Program-made: the position numbers and the translations under genes
The notes under the pieces: model-generated
What the model saw: only the letters and a program-made list of their open reading frames with translations
Databases searched by the model: none
Told to the model about the DNA's origin: nothing
From: Candidatus Altarchaeum sp.
Lineage (GTDB): Archaea > Altiarchaeota > Altiarchaeia > Altiarchaeales > Altiarchaeaceae
Assembly: GCA_018260615.1 (NCBI GenBank)
Contig: JAGWDQ010000110.1
Coordinates: 1 to 29,361 of the forward strand
Direction of reading: 5' to 3'
DNA: 29,361 bases
Part shown: positions 25,795 to 29,361 of the stretch, piece after piece
Numbering within the stretch: position 1 is the first letter of the stretch
How the letters are laid out: every line of letters starts with the position of its first letter

Positions 25795-26637
25795 TTATCT
25801 TATCTTTTTAAATTCCTCTATAATCTTCATTGTAATTTCTCCCGGACAACTTTTTATTTTTCTTCCGTCAACTTCTCTTATCGGAATAATCTCTGCTGCC
25901 GTTCCGGTCATAAATGTTTCATCCGCGTTATAAACTTCAAGCAATGTTAATTTCCTTTCCTCAACTTCAATATTTAAATTTTTTGCTATATCCATAACTG
26001 CCTTTCTTGTTATTCCTAATAACATTGATGAACCCGCTGAAGGTGTTAAAATTTTTCCGCCTTTAACAACAAAAATATTATCTCCGGTTCCTTCGCTTAC
26101 AAATCCATCAACATCCAACATCAATGCCTCATCTGCCCGAACATCAAATGTCTCAATTTTCGCAAGTATGTTATTTAAGTAGTTTAGTGTTTTTGCCTTG
26201 ACATCAAGACACTGCGGAGGAATCCTTCTGGTTGAGGCGGTTATTACTTTGATACCTTTGCTGTACAAATCCCCGTACATTGCTCCCCAGTATGTTGCAA
26301 TTATAATTACTGTCGGCTTCGGGCATTTTCTCGGATCTAACCCCAAATCCCCGACACCTCTGCTTACAACTAATCGTACATAAGCATCCTTCAGAGCGTT
26401 TGCTTCAAGTGTTTTGTAAAGTGCTTCCTTAATTTCCTCCTTTGTCATTGGAATTTGTAATTTTATATATTGTGCCGACGCAAAAATTCTGTCAATATGC
26501 TCATCCATCCCGAAAATTTTCCCATTATATGCTCTTATTCCTTCAAACACACCGTCGCCGTATAAAAATCCATGGTCAAATACGGAAATTTTTGCATCTT
26601 CCTTGTCGTAAAATTTACCATCAATATATATTTTCAT
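25795..26637 (-). CDS. ilvE: Branched-chain amino acid aminotransferase
   Basis: HGFLYGDGVFEGIR, AKTLNYLNN, EGTGDNIF, LGITR and GTAAEI. Confidence 0.96.
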   Translation of the reverse strand: MKIYIDGKFYDKEDAKISVFDHGFLYGDGVFEGIRAYNGKIFGMDEHIDRIFASAQYIKLQIPMTKEEIKEALYKTLEANALKDAYVRLVVSRGVGDLGLDPRKCPKPTVIIIATYWGAMYGDLYSKGIKVITASTRRIPPQCLDVKAKTLNYLNNILAKIETFDVRADEALMLDVDGFVSEGTGDNIFVVKGGKILTPSAGSSMLLGITRKAVMDIAKNLNIEVEERKLTLLEVYNADETFMTGTAAEIIPIREVDGRKIKSCPGEITMKIIEEFKKIR

Positions 26638-26735
26638 TTTGCCAAATGAATTAAATTTATTATGCTAATTTTTGTGTTAATTATTAGGAATAGAATAATA
26701 ATTTTTTAAATTAAAAATATAAAAATATGTTTTAT

Positions 26736-26817
26736 GCCGAGGTCGCATAGTGGTAGTGCGCACGCCTGGAAAGCGTGTGGCTGAAAAGCCTCCAGAGTTC
26801 GAATCTCTGTCTCGGCG
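26736..26817 (+). tRNA. tRNA-Ser(GGA)
   Basis: Acceptor GCCGAGG/TCTCGGC, anticodon arm CACGC-CTGGAAA-GCGTG, variable arm GGCT-GAAA-AGCC, GTTCGAATC, discriminator G; no encoded CCA. Confidence 0.95.
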
Positions 26818-26949
26818 AAATTTTACACATAAAATCAGACACTTAAATTTTAAATTTAATGCAATATTTAATGCAATAATACAATAAAAGATAAATTTAT
26901 AAAACAGAAAAATTTATAATAACATTACCGGTTAAATTAAACAAATAAA

Positions 26950-27336
26950 ATGGCAGTCAAACAAATTGGCTTTAAATTAGTCATGAATGACGGGGAAAAC
27001 AAAAAAACATATCAGATAGCATTGGATGAAAAAAAGAGTGAAAATTTTATGAATTTCGGAATCGGGGATAAAGTTGATTGTTCCGTAATTGGAATTCCGG
27101 GATATGAAGTAAAAATTACCGGAGGGAGTGATATTGCCGGCTTTCCGATGAAAAAAGGAATACACCAGGAAAGAGCGGGAGTTATGGTCGGAGAAGGAAG
27201 AGACAGAAAGAGAAGGACTTATGCAGGAGAAAGAACTCATAAAAATACATCCCAGATAAATGCAAAAATCATTAAAAAAGGAGATGTTCCCATTGAGGAA
27301 ATTTTAGAAAAAATTTCTCCGAAAAAAGAAAAATAA
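26950..27336 (+). CDS. rps6e: 30S ribosomal protein eS6
   Basis: FKLVMND...KTYQ, IGDKVD...GYEVKITGGSDIAGFPM, RKRRTYAG and QINAKI. Confidence 0.93.
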   Translation: MAVKQIGFKLVMNDGENKKTYQIALDEKKSENFMNFGIGDKVDCSVIGIPGYEVKITGGSDIAGFPMKKGIHQERAGVMVGEGRDRKRRTYAGERTHKNTSQINAKIIKKGDVPIEEILEKISPKKEK

Positions 27337-27350
27337 AAGATAATAAAATA

Positions 27351-27763
27351 CTCACCTCACTTCGTTCGGAGATTTCAAAATCTGCAAGATTTTAAAATCA
27401 CACAAAGCCATAGGGTATTTAAAAATCAACAGATTTTTAAAGATTGAAAATCTCACAGATTTTCAGTATTTTAAAAATTTCGTAAATTTTTTAAATCTTC
27501 GAACAACATTGAGGTGATTTTCAAAACGCAGAGTTTTGAAAATATCCGAGCATTTTTAAATTATTTAAAATACATGAACGAAGTCCGCTCACTTTCGTTC
27601 GTGGATTTTTCAAACGAAATCGTTTGAAAAATGAGCGTAAGAGCGATGTGACCGTGTCTCGGTGCGATTTTAAAAACGCCGGGTTTTTTTAAATCTCCGA
27701 GCAAGAGCGAGGTGATTTTCAAAACGTAGAGTTTTGAAAATATCCGAGCGTTAGCGAGGTTAG
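27351..27763. repeat. Large mosaic palindromic repeat array (about 8 hairpins with recurring linkers)
   Basis: ATTTTCAAAAC-N5-GTTTTGAAAAT at 27517 and 27715; perfect 13-bp stem ATTTTTCAAACGA-aa-TCGTTTGAAAAAT at 27605-27632; linkers TCCGA(A/G)C..G(C/T)GAGGTGA; modules A and D. Confidence 0.9.
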
Positions 27764-27817
27764 ATGTCAATGAAAAACATATACTTTAACTTTATAGAAT
27801 AGTAAAAGATAAAAATA

Positions 27818-29161
27818 ATGGGAGAAAAAAATAAAAATAAAAAGGACATATCTAAAGAAGATATAAGTAAAAAAAATACTACCAAAACCACAGCGGTTAA
27901 AGAAATATCCGGGGAAAAGACAGATGAAAGAAAAATAGAAGAATGTACTGAAGAAAATACGCAGCCGGAATGGAATATCGGATTAATAGGACATGTGGAT
28001 CACGGAAAGACAACAATAGCAAAGGCGTTAAGTGGTGTCTGGACGAGTAAATATAGCGAAGAATTAGACAGAGGAATTACAATAAGAATAGGGTATGCTG
28101 ATTTCTCAATATATAACTGTCCGAAGTGTTCAGAGCCGGAATGCCTCACTTCAAAAAAAATATGCGAACATTGCAACACTAAAACAAAATTTTTAAGGAA
28201 AATTTCTATTGTTGATACCCCTGGACACGAAAGTTTAATGGCGGTAATGCTTTCAGGTGCTGCTGTAATGGATGGAGCAATTCTTGTTATAGGTGCAAAT
28301 GAAAAATGTCCGCAGCCGCAAACAGCAGAACACCTTACCGCTTTATCTGTATTGGGGATAAAAAATGTTATTATTGTTCAGAACAAAGTTGACCTCGTAT
28401 CAAAGGAAGAAGCAAAAGAAAATTATATTCAGATAAAAAATTTTGTCGGAGGGGTATTTCCAGAGGCGCCAATTATTCCGATTGCTGCAACATATAATGC
28501 TAATATAGATGTGCTGCTTAAAACAATTAAAGATATGGCAGAAAAACACATTGAAGAAAAAAGGACTAATGAAAGTCAACCGGTATATATGCATGTAATC
28601 AGGTCATTTGATGTTAACAGGCCGGGAAAAAATATTTCGGAACTAAACGGAGGAGTTATCGGAGGAAGTATATTGAGAGGACGGATAAATATCGGTGATG
28701 AAATAGAGATAGAACCGGGAATTGCAATAAAGAATAAATTTCATCCGCTTACTACAAAAGTTGTTGAACTGCACGCAGGAAATGTAAAAATTGACAGTGC
28801 AAAACCGGGGGGATTAATAAGTATAGGTACAACATTAGATCCGTCCATAACAAAAGGTGATGGAATTACAGGGAATGTTGTCGGATTAAAAGGAACATTA
28901 CCCGAAGCTGTCTATAAATTGAATGTAAAGATAAATTTATTCAAAAATTTAATAACTACCGGCGAGATAAAACCACTTGTTCAGAATGAAAATTTAATGA
29001 TAAGTGTTGGCACGGCGTTGCGTGTCGGCACCATAAAAAATGTTAAGAAAGGAGAAATAGAATTATCTCATCCGGTCAGTGTTGAAAAAGGTCAGAGAAT
29101 TGCAATCGGAAGGAGGTTTAAAACAACATGGCGACTGATTGGATATGGGATTGTGAAATAA
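27818..29161 (+). CDS. eif2g: Translation initiation factor aIF2 gamma subunit
   Basis: QPEWNIGLIGHVDHGKTT, EELDRGITIRIGYA, Zn-knuckle CPKC...CEHC, DTPGHESLMAVMLSGAA, NKVD and WRLIGYG. Confidence 0.97.
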   Translation: MGEKNKNKKDISKEDISKKNTTKTTAVKEISGEKTDERKIEECTEENTQPEWNIGLIGHVDHGKTTIAKALSGVWTSKYSEELDRGITIRIGYADFSIYNCPKCSEPECLTSKKICEHCNTKTKFLRKISIVDTPGHESLMAVMLSGAAVMDGAILVIGANEKCPQPQTAEHLTALSVLGIKNVIIVQNKVDLVSKEEAKENYIQIKNFVGGVFPEAPIIPIAATYNANIDVLLKTIKDMAEKHIEEKRTNESQPVYMHVIRSFDVNRPGKNISELNGGVIGGSILRGRINIGDEIEIEPGIAIKNKFHPLTTKVVELHAGNVKIDSAKPGGLISIGTTLDPSITKGDGITGNVVGLKGTLPEAVYKLNVKINLFKNLITTGEIKPLVQNENLMISVGTALRVGTIKNVKKGEIELSHPVSVEKGQRIAIGRRFKTTWRLIGYGIVK

Positions 29162-29259
29162 AAAATTGAGTGAAAAAATATCAAAAAATGAGAGACGATA
29201 TGTTAGTAGATGACCATGAACGACTTAATTATGACAACATTATAAAAAATGCTCACACA

Positions 29260-29361
29260 TACTGAAACCTTCGGTTTCAATCTTTAAAAAACTACAAGTT
29301 TTTTAAAAAGCCACAAAGTCACAGAGTATTTTAAAATCAATAGATTTTAAAAGATTGAAAA
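29260..29361. repeat. Mosaic palindromic repeat cluster, truncated by the window end
   Basis: TACTGAAACC-ttc-GGTTTCAATCTTTAAAAA (module A variant); GCCACAAAGTCACAGAGTAT identical to the reverse complement of 4024-4043; start of another module A. Confidence 0.85.

Noticed and set aside
25690-26637. Regulatory link between ilvE and the adjacent tRNA-Leu
   Set aside because: The tRNA is downstream of ilvE and no attenuator-like leader is visible; probably simple co-location.
27490-27763. CRISPR array
   Set aside because: Repeats are degenerate, mixed in type and orientation and lack regular unique spacers; no cas genes in the window.
27561-27770. 69-aa minus-strand ORF
   Set aside because: Lies wholly within the palindromic array; the similar repeat-derived ORFs at 8178-8486 and 19598-19813 were rejected for the same reason.
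29188-29265. 25-aa ORF MRDDMLVDDHERLNYDNIIKNAHTY after eif2g
   Set aside because: Too short, no motif, and its stop comes from a repeat module; cannot be supported as a gene.

Overview
AT-rich archaeal chromosomal segment. Gene content and composition suggest a Ca. Altiarchaeum-like genome (inference). It holds mostly housekeeping genes: mfnB, Alba, ferredoxin, mscL, archaeal ribC, asd, a J-domain protein, porB, ilvD, htpX, folC, aglB, uppS, gatA, a cupin, an HD nucleotidase, a central fragment of the archaeal spc ribosomal cluster (uL24 to uS5), tRNA-Leu(UAA), ilvE, tRNA-Ser(GGA), eS6 and aIF2-gamma. Four things stand out. (1) A 1321-aa AglB/STT3 oligosaccharyltransferase carries a ~260-aa C-terminal extension of three Cys-rich repeats plus a DsbA/thioredoxin-like CPGC domain whose two halves appear in swapped (circularly permuted) order. 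This looks like a single-chain OST plus thiol-oxidoreductase, reminiscent of eukaryotic Ost3/Ost6. (2) A lone TIR/NDT-like gene sits between the intact 3' end of the HD gene and a decayed, synonymously diverged copy of that same 3' end, the footprint of integration into a gene end. (3) A modular family of palindromic intergenic repeats (BIME/REP-like mosaics) recurs downstream of genes, and in two cases overlaps the stop codon. (4) Two unannotated, probably paralogous ~50-aa membrane proteins lie in tandem. Short tandem duplications also cluster at gene starts and stops.
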